DNA of 64,000 nt, from the NCBI GenBank assembly GCA_973895155.1, contig OZ316896.1, positions 7,697,278 to 7,761,277 on the forward strand, in the 5' to 3' direction. The notes under the pieces are model-generated. The model saw only the letters and a program-made list of their open reading frames with translations. It was not told the DNA's origin and made no database searches. Below are positions 1-14,186 of the stretch, piece by piece; the first letter of the stretch is position 1; each line of letters starts with the position of its first letter. The position numbers were made by a program, and so were the translations under genes. Source of the DNA: Marsupella aquatica (lineage: Eukaryota; Plantae; Marchantiophyta).

Positions 1-1623
1 CTAATTTCTGCAAGTGCTTAGAACAACGTGCCACACATTCTGGCCCACAGATGACACATCCTTTGTATCCAGAGTGTTGTTGTCCAGATATTAAACCATA
101 TGCAGGGTAATCATTGATTGTCCACAATAGCACAGCCCTAAGGTTGAAGTGTTGAGACAATCCTGGGCGTGGCAATTTGTCAAAGTAGGGCACTCCTTTC
201 TTCCACAACAGCTCCAACTCCTCATAGAATGGGCCCAATATTATGTCTAGCTGTTCCTCTGTTACTGAATCAGGTCCTGGAATCAGCATAGCTAGCATGA
301 CAAAGAACTTCTTGGTGGTAAGCCAAGGAGGTAAATTGTAATTCAACAACAGTATTGGCCAGGTAGACCAAGCTGTGGAATTATTCCCAAAGGGATTCAC
401 CCCATCAAGTGCCAACCCAAATCGCACATTCCTTGGTTCAGCTGCAAATTCCCGATCAATATTTGTATCCACATGCTTCCAAGCCTTTGAATCTGCTGCG
501 TGCCGAACCATGTTGTCTGTGCTTCTATTCTCATGATGCCAAGTCATGAGTTTAGATGTACCAGCAGTGGCATACAATCTCTTCAACCTGGGAATTATAG
601 GGAAATACCGCACTACCTTCCTTGCCTATAATGAATTCCCCACTCTCTTCATCTTGGGCTGCTGACACACTGAACAGTTTTCTAACTTGGCATTCTCACC
701 CCTAAAGAGCATACAACCTTTCTCACAGACAGGGATTCTCTCATAATCCAAGCCAAGCTTTCTCAATAGCTGCTTTGCAGCATATAAGTTCTTGGGCAGA
801 TTATGCTCTGTAGGCATACCATGCTCCCCCATCAAAGACAACAATGCATTCACTCCTTTGTTTGAGAATCCATGGCCATGACAGATGTTCAGCAGAAGCA
901 ACATGAATGACACAACATCTATTTTGCTGCCTGGGAACAAAGGTTGCATTGCTGCATCTAAAGATAACTGTGCAGGATCAGTCTCCACAGGAGTTTTGGA
1001 GGTTTCAAGGGGGTTTACAGGATGGGCACCTCCTTCACTCTCATCATCCCCAAGTACAAAATCCAAGTCAAAACGGTCCTGATCATCTAGCTCATGCTCA
1101 GGGGATTCTTCACTGGTTCTCAGCAACGTTTCTTCCAGTAGAGCCCTGATATGTTCTTCGACATCTATAGTTCTTGAACATCCACAGTTGGATACTCTGG
1201 AACATCCACAGTTGGATACTCTGGAACATCTACAAATAAATGTTCTTCAACATCTACAGTTGGCTGTTGTGCACAGGTTGCCTGCTGAAGGTTTGCTACC
1301 CTCAATGCCTCAGGGCCATGTTGTGACATGTAGTCAGCACCCCACTCTTCATCAGAAGAGTCCTGTCCCTCTCCCACCCACACTCGACATGCAGGGTACC
1401 GACCATGTTTAATAAGGTGCAGTCTAGCAGTATTCCGATTAGTCCTATAATTCCCTTTGCAGTTCATACAAGGGCAGTACATCTTATGGTCCCCACTCTT
1501 GTGGCAGGCCTTCTGTTCTCGAACCCACAAAGCATCATCACGATGTTGTACTCTAGCTGGATGGAAGAGCGGCAACTTTGGAGTTCTACCCACACCTAAC
1601 GTATTCTGTGGCAATTGTGCCAT
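1..1623 (-). pseudogene. CACTA TnpD-type transposase (Transposase_21 plus transposase-associated N-terminus), 5' part, disrupted
   Basis: YCPCMNCK...HLIKHG N-terminal motif; YERIPVCEKGCMLF; after the in-frame TAG at 626-628 the frame reads on RKVVRYFPIIPRLKRLY...FGLALDGVNPF...NYNLPPWL...WTINDYPAYG. Frameshift near 1168. Confidence 0.9.
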
Positions 1624-2192
1624 GCTAGCTTGATTGAAATTGTATTCAAACTATGATTTTCAAACTGAATCAGAGTGACATGCATACAAAATTGGGCCTA
1701 CCGTCATAGTTGTACAACCGATGCCAACCACAGTCCAATTGCTCAAACCCACAGAGCCCAGTTTCTCAAATCCACTGTAGTAGGGCACCTTCTCCTTGCA
1801 TACAAATAGAGCATCACATACAGTGTCATCAGAATGATACTATGAACGTATTTGTTTGCCTATTAGGAATGTGAGCAGACAGGTCTGGAATAAGTAACGT
1901 TTGTGACACCAGTGACAAATTTACAAGTGAAGTTTAGACATCAATATGGAGGAAAGTCACACTCAAAGTACATGCTTGAAAATCGGAATCCTACCCTGGA
2001 AAAGATAATAAAGTTGATTTCTCAAAATTAATTGCCTCAATCCGCAATGCACTGTCGTAGAGTGTGTATACATGAGGAGTTCATCAAACTGCATATAAAT
2101 AGTCCACATGTTTTAGCACTCTGAAAATTGTTTAAGTCCACGTGAAACCATCAAAAAGCTCTATCTCAAGTTTGTGTTCCATCCAACCTCAA

Positions 2193-2852
2193 TCAAATCC
2201 AAGATATGTGGCTCCTAGCAGGAGTGCCTAGTGTAGGGTCAATGTCATGGTCAGGACAGTAAAACATCCCCTTCTTGGGCTGCCCATGCGCTGAGTGATC
2301 CCAAATTGTTCGATCATGGGCAAATCCCCTCTGCTGGATAAACAGCAGGCAATCTTTGTGCCATGCCTTAGGACACCTCATGCACTGAACCAAAAAGCCA
2401 TTAGCCCCATCATTGGGCCCCTGTCCACAAGTAAGACAAATATGGAGTCCACATGATGCTATGCCAGGAACCAAACACTGCCGACAGTAAAACCGGGCAC
2501 AGAGAGAGTCTGGACATTTTCTTACCTCTTCACCAATTTTTCCAGACACATGGCACTTAAAGCAAGAATGTTCCTCATTCTTGCAATCAACACAAAGCCA
2601 TTCTCCAACATGGCCATCAGCAAGGGATATAGTTGGGCATAGCCATTGCTGACCCAAAGGACAGGAAACATTCTTATGGAAATGTCGGTGGCAAGGCCCA
2701 TCACAAACAATGAGATCCCCTCCCTCATCACAAATCGCACATACATGTGGACTATTCTGGTTAATCTCAATGTCTGAATATAAGGACAATTGAGGTGCTT
2801 GAGAGGATTCACCTCTGCAACGATTTATGGCCTTCTGCTTATTGCGAGCCAT
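2193..2852 (-). CDS. Stand-alone composite PHD-finger protein, EDM2/NSD-type (about 219 aa), inside CACTA-1
   Basis: VCAICDEGGDLIVCDGPCHRHFH...WLCVDCK..HSCFKC...CGLHICLTC...QCMRCPKAWHKDCL...YCPDHDIDPTLGTPARSHISW follows the Cys/His spacing and C-terminal YC..H.ID..L.TP.R.H signature of the EDM2 PHD region (recalled, not searched). ORF is uninterrupted. Confidence 0.85.
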   Translation of the reverse strand: MARNKQKAINRCRGESSQAPQLSLYSDIEINQNSPHVCAICDEGGDLIVCDGPCHRHFHKNVSCPLGQQWLCPTISLADGHVGEWLCVDCKNEEHSCFKCHVSGKIGEEVRKCPDSLCARFYCRQCLVPGIASCGLHICLTCGQGPNDGANGFLVQCMRCPKAWHKDCLLFIQQRGFAHDRTIWDHSAHGQPKKGMFYCPDHDIDPTLGTPARSHISWI

Positions 2853-5216
2853 GGTCCTGCACACTCAGACCCTACATCAGATTTTGAAACAAGAAGGAAT
2901 AACAGGGTGCAGTATGACACAAAAGAATGACTCGGGTGCAGCATAAAATATGACATGTAACCACAAGGGTGCAGCATAAACCAATGCTTTATAGATGGCA
3001 AAGCATTTAGGACTGAGCAGCGCAAATAACCTTGGCCTAGATGATTGGAAGCAATCACAAATATTGCAACCTGTATGCCTTTGCTTGCTGTACAGCAGTG
3101 CTCACTCACCCTGCCTTTTTAAAATCTGTAAGGGCAACACAGAACAAATAGCAATTGAGTTTCAGCAAAGCATTCATTTGGCTCTCAAGTTTTAAAATGG
3201 ACAGAGCAAACACAACAATGTGCACAACAAAGCACAAAGAGCAACAAAACTCCAGCAAATTGGGACTCAGGCAAGAGATACGAATTTTAGCAGCGAAATC
3301 AAATCAAGATTCGGACCTGTGAGTTCAACATGCAGTGCTCACTCACCCTGCCCTTTTTTAAATCTGTAAAAATCAAGTTTTATTGTGTGCCTTCTACATC
3401 TTAAGCTGCTGCACACATCTGTTACAGAACCATAAGTTGCTTTACTCTCAACAAGCTGCTGGTCCACCCACTTTTTCAAAAGCTGCACCGTACTCTATCT
3501 TCGTGCACAAATGACTATACCGGGCTGCTGTCAGAGACCCTTACGAAGAATTTAAAATTGACCAAGCTGATTTTAGTTTAGTTTCGTCCAGTTTGCAGAC
3601 CAAAGGAAATCATGTGGCTGTATTCATGGAGTTGTATTCATTGCTGTGTATGGATGTTGTGTGAACATCAGACAGTTAGCTGTAAATTACCATAGTTGAA
3701 GAGCAAGGCTTGTACAAAAGCCACTAAGGAATTCTCTGAGGTGGCACAGCAGTTGGCAAACCACACACGAAACTCTGAAACTTTTTGGCGACAAAATTCT
3801 ACAGAGTCGCTGCTGGAATCAAGTGAGGATTCACCATACATGCCTGCACTTCTCTTCAGTAAAAAAAGAGAAAAGAAAAGGGCTATGATACAGAGGGATG
3901 TCAAAAGAAGAGTAAGGAAACCAATTCATTGAGGAACATAGACAGACTAAGGAAAACATCATACAATGGAAAACTAAGGACTACATTGTAATAATAAGAG
4001 ATCAAGCTCACCTTGCACCACAAAGATTGTCAGACGACAACAAGACAACAAACTGAACTGAACATAGCAGACAAATCCAACAAGTAGCAATCAGAAATCA
4101 ACAGCAGATAGACAAAGGACAACTTGGTCAGAACTCGGGCACTTGATTCAGTTGTGGTAAATAGCCGTTCAGGTTCTGGACAAGCAAGAGCAATACGTGA
4201 GCAGACTCCAGAAAAATCATCTCTTGAGATTGAGGAGAAAGGCATTTCCCAGCCAGCTTACTTATGTCTTGAAAAATGTATCGGACATCGTGGACGCTGG
4301 GCCTCAGCTGCTGGCCGCAAGGGAAGATTTTGCCAAAACAAACAATAAAGCTCGAAGATAGTTAAATTTCTTAGGTCTTTCTAAATGGGGACTGAATTAG
4401 CAATTAGAACCAGTAAACCCTGATCTTGGGCAGGCAGAGAGAGAAGAGTCCGCGCCTAATACTTATTTCTACCCGAATTTTACTGGGACATATGAGCATT
4501 GGGATGCCATTGCAAAGCAAAATTTTGTAGCAGTGGAAGGAATCAACATAGATAGCAGTGGAAGGTCGCAGTGGAGCTAGCATGGTACAGGGAAGGAAAT
4601 GCAGGCATTGTGCGAGAAAGTGCAATGGCTAGTTCTATGGGATTTCCTTCTCCAATCCATGACAGTGCTGACGACACGCACAACTGCTACAATCAGTGCG
4701 CGTCCAGGATGCTCCATCGCATCACGTCAGGGAACTCAACATTCTAGACATTCAAAAACTGCATTCACATTTCTCTGCAAAGGGAACTCAACATTGTAGA
4801 CATTCAAAAACTGGTGCAAAACTCAGGCACTTAGAGAGAGAGGGACAGAGAGAGAGCGAGAAAGAGAGAGCAAATAGTCTCTTAGCAATCGGAGCTTCTC
4901 TGTCATTGCCATAAGCATACTAGCAGACACTAAGCAACAGAACAAGAAGGCAACATTGGATTCATGGACTGACAGCACATTGGTAGCACATTGGCAAAAG
5001 CAAAGCAAAAATGCAGAATGAACAAATGGCCAGAAGGGGAAGAAGCGCAAAATTGCACAACTGACCTTCTCGCACCTCAGCCCAAACTCGCTCCCACAGA
5101 TATAAGTTCTCGCAGCTCCTTGATGGAACCTCCTGTAGGTTCTCGCCGATTGCAACTCCTCACCCACAGCTTCTTGCCGGATTGTAGCTTGCTGCTGATT
5201 GCAACTCGTCGCTGAT

Positions 5217-5414
5217 TTGCAGCTCGTCCTCCGCTCCTCACCCGCAGCTTATTGCCGATTGTAGGTCGTCCTCCGCTCCTCGCCCGCAGCTTATCGCCGA
5301 TTGTAGGTCGTCCTCCGCTCCTCACCCGCAGCTTATCGCCGATTGCAGCTCATCCTCCGCTCCTCACCCTCAGCTTATCGCCGATTGCAGCTCATCCTCC
5401 GCTCCTCACCCGCA
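5217..5414. repeat. 42-bp GC-rich tandem repeat, about 4.5 copies
   Basis: Unit TC(G/A)TCCTCCGCTCCTCACCCGCAGCTTATCGCCGATTG(T/C)AG(G/C) repeated head to tail. Confidence 0.9.
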
Positions 5415-5984
5415 ACAATGACAAATGTAAAGAAGCTATTGCCTTGACCCTGCAATCGGGCACTCCAAAGCCCGAATGTCCTCCAAAGCGCAGGGTCCTC
5501 CAAAGAAGCTCCCAAGTCCTACCGAGGTGCTCCGCCGACCGCGCGCAACAAGCTCAAAAACAATTGTAGCCTGAATGGCTTTGGGTCGGAGCTCCTCCTC
5601 TAAACCTTGCAAATGGTCACTAAAACAATGCCACGTCCAACGCTTCACTCAAACAATGCCTCACCCAATGCTTGCCCGAACAATGCCTCGCCCAACGCTT
5701 CGAAGGGTGTCGAAGCTTGGTGGAATGGAGCACAACGCTGCCCAACCCTAAGCCCTTGCAATGTGCACACAAAGGCATGCCAAGAAATGAGCACATCGAG
5801 CGTTGCCCTCTCGATGTTTTTTCAGGAAAAAGGGCTCTTGTTGGTACGCAAGAACACTTAGCGGGAAAAACCTAATGCTGGACCCCTAAATCCCGTAAAG
5901 GTAAGGTATTCTGTTGGATGGGGATGGTGGATATTGTGGGTCATTAATTAGGGTTATATTCTGACAATATCTCTCACATGTCTG

Positions 5985-6165
5985 GACCCCCCATAAGGCC
6001 CTAGGGAAGTTGAGACTAGGTTAATAACAATGTAAACCCCCCCCATAAGGCCCTAGGGAAATACCGACTATAGAGGTTAATAACAAGGTCCGGACGCCCC
6101 CATAAGGCCCTAAGTAGGGAAGGCAAGGTTAATAACTCATAATGTCACGACCCCCCCCATAAGGT
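5985..6165. repeat. Short degenerate tandem repeat (about 50-60 bp, 4 copies)
   Basis: CCCCCATAAGG(CCCTA) recurs at ~5988, 6040, 6097 and 6153, mostly followed by GGTTAATAAC. Confidence 0.75.
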
Positions 6166-9100
6166 CATGGCTGTTTGTGTAGGTGCCAACAAGAATGTTA
6201 AGGACCAATGTTATATATAAAAAATGATGCTAGCGATATAAAAGGTCCGATATATGCCCGCGATATAAACCCATAACCCGCATGCATGAACACCATTTTG
6301 GACTACCTTATTGTCTCACCATATGATAGTGATACTCATCCAAATATTAGCATTTAATAGCTCTCCACTCCTGACTCAATTGAGAGAAACCCTCATTCAT
6401 GACTCAAGCACAATTATAGGGTCCCTTACATGCTACATGACCACTACATATGAGGCTATGTTGTCTAAGAGTTTTTGAGAGCATTACACCAAAGCATTAA
6501 TAAGTGAGCCTTCCCATGACTATATGACCTCCAATATGCCAACATTAATGGCTTCCAATATGACAGCGTGAGTGACCCCACGTTTAGTCCTCAGATTGAA
6601 GCACCATTTAATTCACAAATGACCCAATGAACTCCCTTGTACCTCCAAAGAGAACCCCCCAATAGCCTTTGTAAAGACCACATTTCCAGTCATTTGGTAC
6701 TTCTGACCTCTAGTATGACAACCAAGATTACCCTAATTTGAGGTGTTTCCATTAATGACACACCATGAGGGACCTCTCTAATGACCACATATGCAGTCAA
6801 TTGCTCCAAATGACCTCTAACTGACTACCAAAATGACCCTTATTGTAGTCATTGACATTAATGACACATTATGTGAAAATGACCCAATGAAGAGTATACT
6901 ACCTCTCGGAGTGCCCCTTTACAATTCCTTTGGAATTTAATAGAATATATCCAAAATCCAAATATCGGCACAAACATGACATAGTTATATAGAAGGACAT
7001 AGTCTTCCACTAGTATTGCACTATATACCTCTTGGAGAGACAAAAACAATTTTTGTATGCATGCCTTAGGATGGTATGCATGCATGGTGACACTTTTGGC
7101 AAATCACTCCAAAGTTGTATGACTTGGGAGTGATTTCCCCAAGGTTGCATCATCCCTTAAGTAATTGCAAAAACATGGCTCCAAAGTGCTCATGGTGCAA
7201 CTAGTGGTTGGAGAATAGTACGGTGGGTATAGTACCCCGCACCTTGTGGAGAGGTTGCCACCTTCATGTAGAGCCCCATGGCACACTAGGGCCACCTTAA
7301 GCTCCTAGACCCAAAAGGGTCATTTCTGATGGTCCGTAATGACACCATGAGGGACCTCTATAATGACCCCATATGGAGTCATTTGGCACAAATGACTTCC
7401 AAAAGGACTGCCAAAATGACCCTTACTGCAGTCTTTGGCATTAATGACACACTATTCCTCCAAAATGACCCAATGAAGATTACAACACCTACTCACAATG
7501 CCCCGACACTATTCATATGCAAAATGGAGTATTCCCCATCCAAACACCGGCACAAACATGACACAATTACATCACAAGATGACAACCTTCCATTGGTATT
7601 GCGCTACTTCTTGGAGAGACAAAAAATGGCTCCATTTGCGCTTGGATACGGTGGTATGCATCCATGGTGACACTTTTGGCAAATCACTCCAAAGTTGTAT
7701 GACTTGGGAGTGATTTCCCCAAGGTGCATCATGCCTTAAGTAAATGCAAAAACATGTGTCCAAAGTGTTCATGGCACAACTAGTGGTTGGACGATGATGA
7801 GTATAGTGTCCCGCACCTAGTGGAGGGGGTTCTCACCTCTATGTGGGGCCCCATGGCACTCTAGGGCCCACCTCCAGCCCCTAGCCCCAAACTGGTCATT
7901 TGTGCTTCTGCTTAATGATTGCACAAGGGACCCCTCAAATGACCACAAATCCAGTCATTTGACTTATGTGACAGCCCATATGACAGATTTAATGACCCTA
8001 CTTGTAGTCATTGGTATTTATGACACCAATTTTTTCAGAAATGACTCAATGAAGATTACACTACCTTCTTGAGTGCCCCATCACTATTCATTTGCAAAAT
8101 AGAATATTCCCCATCCAAACACCGGCACAAACATGACACAATTACATGGAAGGACAACAGCCTTGCACTACATCTTGCAGAGACAAAAAAAATGGCTTCA
8201 TTTCCTTTAGATAGGATGGTATGCATCAATGGTGACACTTTTGGCAAATCACTCCAAAGTCGTATGACTTGGGAGTGATTTCCCCAAGATTATATCATCC
8301 CTTAAGTAAACACAAAAACATGGCTCCAAACTGCTAATGGTGCAACTAGTGGTTGGAGAATAGTAATTATAGTATTTGACACCTAGTGGAGGGGTTGCGA
8401 GCTCTATGTGGTGCCACATGGCACTCTAGGGCCCACCTCCAGCCCTTAGCTCCAAATTGGTCATTCATGCTTGTCTTCAATGACTGCACTAGAGACCCCT
8501 CAAATGACAACAAGTCCAGTCATTTGAATTATATGACATCCCATATGACCAATTCAATGACCCTACTTGTGGTCATTGACACTTATGACATGACTTTGTT
8601 AAAAAATGACCCAAAGAAGGTCCTAGCACCGCCAGACAGAGCCGGCTCTACATTCCTTGCAAAAATGGAATAATCGTATACCTTTAAACATCAGACACAT
8701 CATAGAGGGAAGCACCACTGCCACACCCATTCCATTGGTGTTGCGCTACCTCTTGGAGAGACAAAAAAGGGCTTCATTTGCGTTTGGAACAGTGGTATGC
8801 ATCCATGGTGACACTTTTGGCAAATCACTCCAAAGTCATACGACTTGGGAGTGATTTCCCCAAAGGTGCATCATGCCTTAAGTAAACGCAAAAACATGTG
8901 TCCAAGGTGTTTATGTCGCAACTAGTGGTTGGACAATGATGAGTATAGTGTCCCGCACGCAGTGGAGGGGTTCTCACCTCTATGTGGGGTCACATGGCAC
9001 TCTAGGGCCCACCTCCAGCCCCTAGCCCCAAACTGGTCATTTGTGCTTTTCCTTAATGACTGCATAAGGGACCCCTCAAATGACCACAAATCCAGTCATT

Positions 9101-10247
9101 AGACTGATATGACTCTCCAAATGACAGTTTTAATGACCCTAATTTTAGTCATTGATATTTATGACGGTCCATTGCTCACATATGACCCAATAAAGGCCCT
9201 GGTACCTCCAAAGAGAGCCCGCTTTAGATTCCTTGCAAGGTTGGAATATTCCTCTTCCCTAAACCCGCACCCACACCATACAGGGAAGCACGACTCCCCT
9301 GCCCATTCCATTGGTGCAGCACCACCTCCTGGAGAACCCAAAAACAACTTTTATTTGCCTTTGTATGTGATGGTGTGCATGCATGGCAACACTTTTGGCA
9401 AATCACTCCAAAGTCGTACGACTTGGGAGTGATTTCCCCAAAGGTGCATCGTGCCTTAAGGAAACACAAAAACATGTGTCCAAAGTGTTTATGTCGCAAC
9501 TAGTGGTTGGACAATGATGAGTATAGTGTCCCGCACGCAGTGGAGGGGTTCTCACCTCTATGTGGGGCCACATGGCACTCTAGGGCCCACCTCCAGCCCC
9601 TAGCCCCAAACTGGTCATTTGTGCTTTTCCTTAATGACTGCATAAGGGACCCCTCAAATGACCACAAATCCAGTCATTAGACTGATATGACTTTCCATAT
9701 GACAGTTTTAATGACCCTGCTTTTAGTCATTGATATTTATGACGGGCCATTGCTCACATATGACCCAATAAAGGCCCTAGTACCTCCAACTAAAGCCAGC
9801 TTTAGATTCCTTGCAAGATTGGAATATTCCTCTTCCTATATCCGCACCCACACCATACTGAGAAGCACGACTCCCCTGCCCATTCCATTGGTGCAGCACC
9901 ACCTCTTGGAGAACCCAAAAACAACTTTTATTTGCCTTTGTATGTGATGGTGTGCATGCATGGCAACACTTTTGGCAAATCACTCCAAAGTCGTACGACT
10001 TGGGAGTGATTTCCCCAAAGGTGCATCGTGCCTTAAGGAAACACAAAAACATGTGTCCAAAGTGTTTATGTCGCAACTAGTGGTTGGACAATGATGAGTA
10101 TAGTGTCCCGCACGCAGTGGAGGGGTTCTCACCTCTATGTGGGGCCACATGGCACTCTAGGGCCCACCTCCAGCCCCTAGCCCCAAACTGGTCATTTGTG
10201 CTTTTCCTTAATGACTGCATAAGGGACCCCTCAAATGACCACAAATC

Positions 10248-10722
10248 TGTTGAGCATAGACGACGATCGCAACGGCAAGCCCATGAACCATCCAACGCAC
10301 AATAGTCGACACAAGAGATACGTGGTTCACCTCCTTGAGGCTACGTCCACGGGAACACACAAGAGAGCTTTACTGAACTCTAAGCCCGTCGGCTATACCG
10401 AGTCTCCACAGTGTAAGCTCTCCCTATCTCTCAAGTGGCTCCATAACAATGAGCCTTGGTTCTACCTCTCCAAGCACACATGCCTCTTATGATATAGTGT
10501 GCAACATAGTTGTACCTAATCACGTAGTTGTACCTAACCACATAGTTGTACCTAATCACGTAGTTGTACCTAACCACATAGTTGTACCTAATCACGTAGT
10601 TGTACCTAACCACATAGTTGTACCTAATCACGTAGTTGTACCTAACCACGTAGTTGTACCAACCCACGTTGTTGTACCAACCACGTCATACCTAACCTAG
10701 ACGTAAGAGTAAATACCCAACA
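10248..10722 (-). repeat. 3' LTR of copia element, with internal 18-bp tandem repeat at ~10505-10685
   Basis: Nearly identical to 15639-16113; unit TAGTTGTACCTAAYCACR, about 10 copies. Confidence 0.95.
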
Positions 10723-10913
10723 ATCTTCCCCTTGACTCTGGTCTAGGGGAGAGTAATACTGCCAATGTATATGATCCCTCAACGGGAAGTTCTGGACAGA
10801 AACCAAACCGGTTTCCCTCTCTAACTAGAGCAAACCAGAACTAAGCCGTAGCCTAATACATAGGAATGAGGAAGAGCATATATCAGTAATTACAATGAAT
10901 GTTTAAGAAAACT

Positions 10914-13900
10914 CTACTTGTGATGCAATTGCAAAACCTGCAATACGTCACGGTGTCTAGAGAAACTCTCCAAAGGAATCACTTTGGTAAATGCGTCAGC
11001 CGGGTTGAGTTTACCATCAATCTTGACTAGCTCAAACAAATTATCAGACACAGCCTGCCTGATAAAATGGTACCTGACGTCAATGTGCTTCACTCTGCTG
11101 TCCATCACCTGGTTCACAGCAAGGTGGAGCGCACTTTGACTATCACAATGGAGCTTCACATTCCCCTGTGGCAATCCCATTTCAGTGATAAGTCTATCCA
11201 ACCAAATCGCTTCCTTTGCTGCTTCCGCAGCTGCAACATACTCCGCTTCTGTAGTAGACTGAGCAATACACTTCTACAAAGTAGACCTCCAACTTATGCA
11301 TCCATCGCCAAGTGTGAACACGTATCCTGTTGTTGATCTCCTTCGGTCCAAATCTTGTCCATAGTCAGAATCTACATAGCCAATCAATGATCTAGCATTC
11401 TTTGCATTCGCATCAAATAAAAGACCATGATCCACGGTACCCTTCAAGTACCTGATAATCCACTTCACTGCTTCCCAGTGTACCTTCCCTGGATTCGACA
11501 TGTACCTGCTCACCTTGCCCATAGCCATGGCAAGATCAGGTCTAGTGCAAGTCATCAAATACATGAGACTCCCCACTGCCTTGTCATATGGAACCTTTGA
11601 CATCAACCCCTTCTCTGTGTCATCCGTAGGACAGAACGCTGATGATAACTTGAAGTGTGGAGCCAACAGGGTACTTACTGGCTTGCTATTCTCCATGTTG
11701 AACCTTGCAATTACCTTCCTCGCATAACTGCTCTGCGTCAACCATAGCTTGCCAGCCTCCAAGTCCCTAGTGATCTCCATACCCAAAATCCTCTTAGCTG
11801 GCCCTAAGTCCTTCATCTTAAACTCTGCACTAAGCAGTGCCTTGAGCTTAACAATCTCAGACCTATCCTTGGCTGCAATTAGCATGTCATCAACATAAAG
11901 TACTAAAACAATGAACCCAAAGACAACATTCTTCACCGGTTTCAAATACACACAAGGGTCAAATACACTTCTGTGAAAACCTTGTGACCGAATCCAATCG
12001 TCAAACCGCTTGTTCCACTGTCTTGGTGACTGCTTCAACCCATACAAGGATTTCAGCAATCTGCAAACCAATTCCTCCTGTCCTCTCTTCACAAAACCTA
12101 GCGGTTGTCTCATGAAGATCACCTCTTCCAATGTGCCATAGAGGAAAGCTGTGACAACATCCATCTGATCTAGGAGCAGACCAAACATTACAACAAGTAC
12201 ACACAATAGTCGTATTGTAGAGTACTTAGCAACTGGTGAGAAGACCTCATTGTAATCCACACCTTTCTCTTGTGTGAATCCCTTTGCTACCAATCTAGCC
12301 TTGTAGACCTTCGATCCACCTCCTATGGAATTATCCTTCAGCTTGTAAATCCACTTGCTGTCCACCACTTGCTGACCCTTAGGCAGCTTAACAAGCTCCC
12401 AAGTTTTGTTGTCCTTTAGTGACTGCATCTCCGTTTGCATTGCTGTAGTCCACTTCTGCTTCTCCTTTGAAGCACTTGCCTCATGAAATGAAGAAGGTTC
12501 TCTTTCTTCCAAAATTAACGCATCACCCTCATCATCAGCTGTAAAATCATCCTCTTGCAGTTGAGATGAATCAACCCACTGTCCATACCTTGGTGGAGCG
12601 CGTACAGTGCGACCAGATGTTCTTCTAGCCGATGACTCCGGTTGATCTGCGTGTGCTGGTACAATTTGAAGCTCAACAGCATCCACTTGCTGCTCACCAG
12701 CATCAACAAACTCCTCTGGTTCCTCTGGCACAGGAACCAGCTCCATAATTGGAGCAACTCCTTCTCTCCGGTCATGCACCTCATAACCAATCTCCCCCTC
12801 AACGAGATCCGGGATAGGAGATTTTCCTTTGTCAGTACGGGAGACCTGAGTATTCTCCCCCTCCTTCAATAATCTGGATTCATTGAAGGAAACATCCCTA
12901 CTGACAACGAGCTTACAGGCAATAGGATCCCATAGCCTATAGGCTTTCACACCACTCTGGTACCCAAGAAAAACACATTTCCTGGAGGTAGGATCCAACT
13001 TGGTCCTATTCTGCTTTGGTGTGAGAGCATATGCATCACTTCCAAAAATTACCAAGCCATGATAGTCTGCTTGCCGCTTATAGCGCATCTCAAACGACGT
13101 TTTGAAATTGATAGCACTAGAAGGAGAAAGATTTACCAAATAAGCTGCGGTATTGACAGCTTCTGCCCAAAATTCTTGTGGTAAACCTGGTTGGCTCAAC
13201 ATACTCCGTGACCACTCCAACAGTGTCCGATTGAGCCTCTCAGCGACACCATTCTGCTGCGGAGTATAAACTGTGGTGAGATGGCGAGTTATCCCCTGTT
13301 CTGAACAGTACTCTTCAAATTCCATTGAAGTGTACTCCCCGCCGTTGTCTGACCTCAGACTCTTCACCCTTGTATCCAAACACTTGATCGTGTTTCCAGT
13401 CTGATTCTCCACCTGGGCCTTCCACTTCTTAAAAATGGACAAGACATCAGACTTATGCGTCATGAAATAAATCCACACAAATCTTGAGTAATCATCAATA
13501 AATGATACATAGTACAACTTTCCAGAGTGTGAGGGAGTCGGGGATGGACCCCACACGTCACTATGTATGTACTCAAGAACCGCTTTGGAACGATGAGTTC
13601 CAATACCAAAAGCACGACGATGCTGCTTTCCAAGAATGCAATGCTCACAAAACTCTAATTTACAAGATTGCAAATCAGAAATGAGTCCATTCTTCCGTAA
13701 GATAGCCAAACCCTTCTCACTCATGTGGCCTAGCCGTGAATGCCACAGTTGAGTCATCTCCTCGTGAGACTTGGTTACATTGGCCTCTCCACATACAGTA
13801 TTGCCCTGTAACACATACAAATTCTTTTGTCTACTCCCCTTCAAAATCACTGTCTCTCCCGACCTGACTTGAAGTTCACCATCAATAACGCTCCATTGAT

Positions 13901-14186
13901 GACCATTTGAATCCAACACACCGAGTGAAATCAGATTCTTACGCATGCCAGGTACATACCTGACTCCGGACACTGTGCGCACAGCGCCATCAAACATTTG
14001 AATCTTCACAGACCCAATTCCCTCAATTTGACAGGAGTGATCATTTCCCATCAGAACTGAACCGTTTGAAATAGAGTAAGAACTGAAAAACTCACGAATG
14101 TAACAAATATGAAAAGAGCAAGCACAATCAAGAATCCACACATCATCTGCTCTCCTAGATGACGTGCACAGGGCATACCCCCGGCT
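10914..14186 (-). pseudogene. pol: Copia Pol (PR-INT-RT-RNase H), same frame as gag, with premature stop at 11274
   Basis: WILDCACSFH (protease), WHSRLGHMS/CEHC, IHSDVW, SDNGGEY, QNGVAER, YKARLVAKG, LYVDDML; RNase H continues in frame after the TAG at 11274-11276 (CDSQSA, KHIDVRYHF, NPADAFTK). Confidence 0.93.

Noticed and set aside
6858-10305. Many short ORFs in the 578-bp array
   Set aside because: Frames are not conserved between units and no domain is recognisable.
10505-10685. 18-bp repeat array as CRISPR or repetitive protein (NHVVVP/YNYVVR ORFs)
   Set aside because: No spacers or cas genes; it is an LTR-internal minisatellite duplicated in both LTRs.
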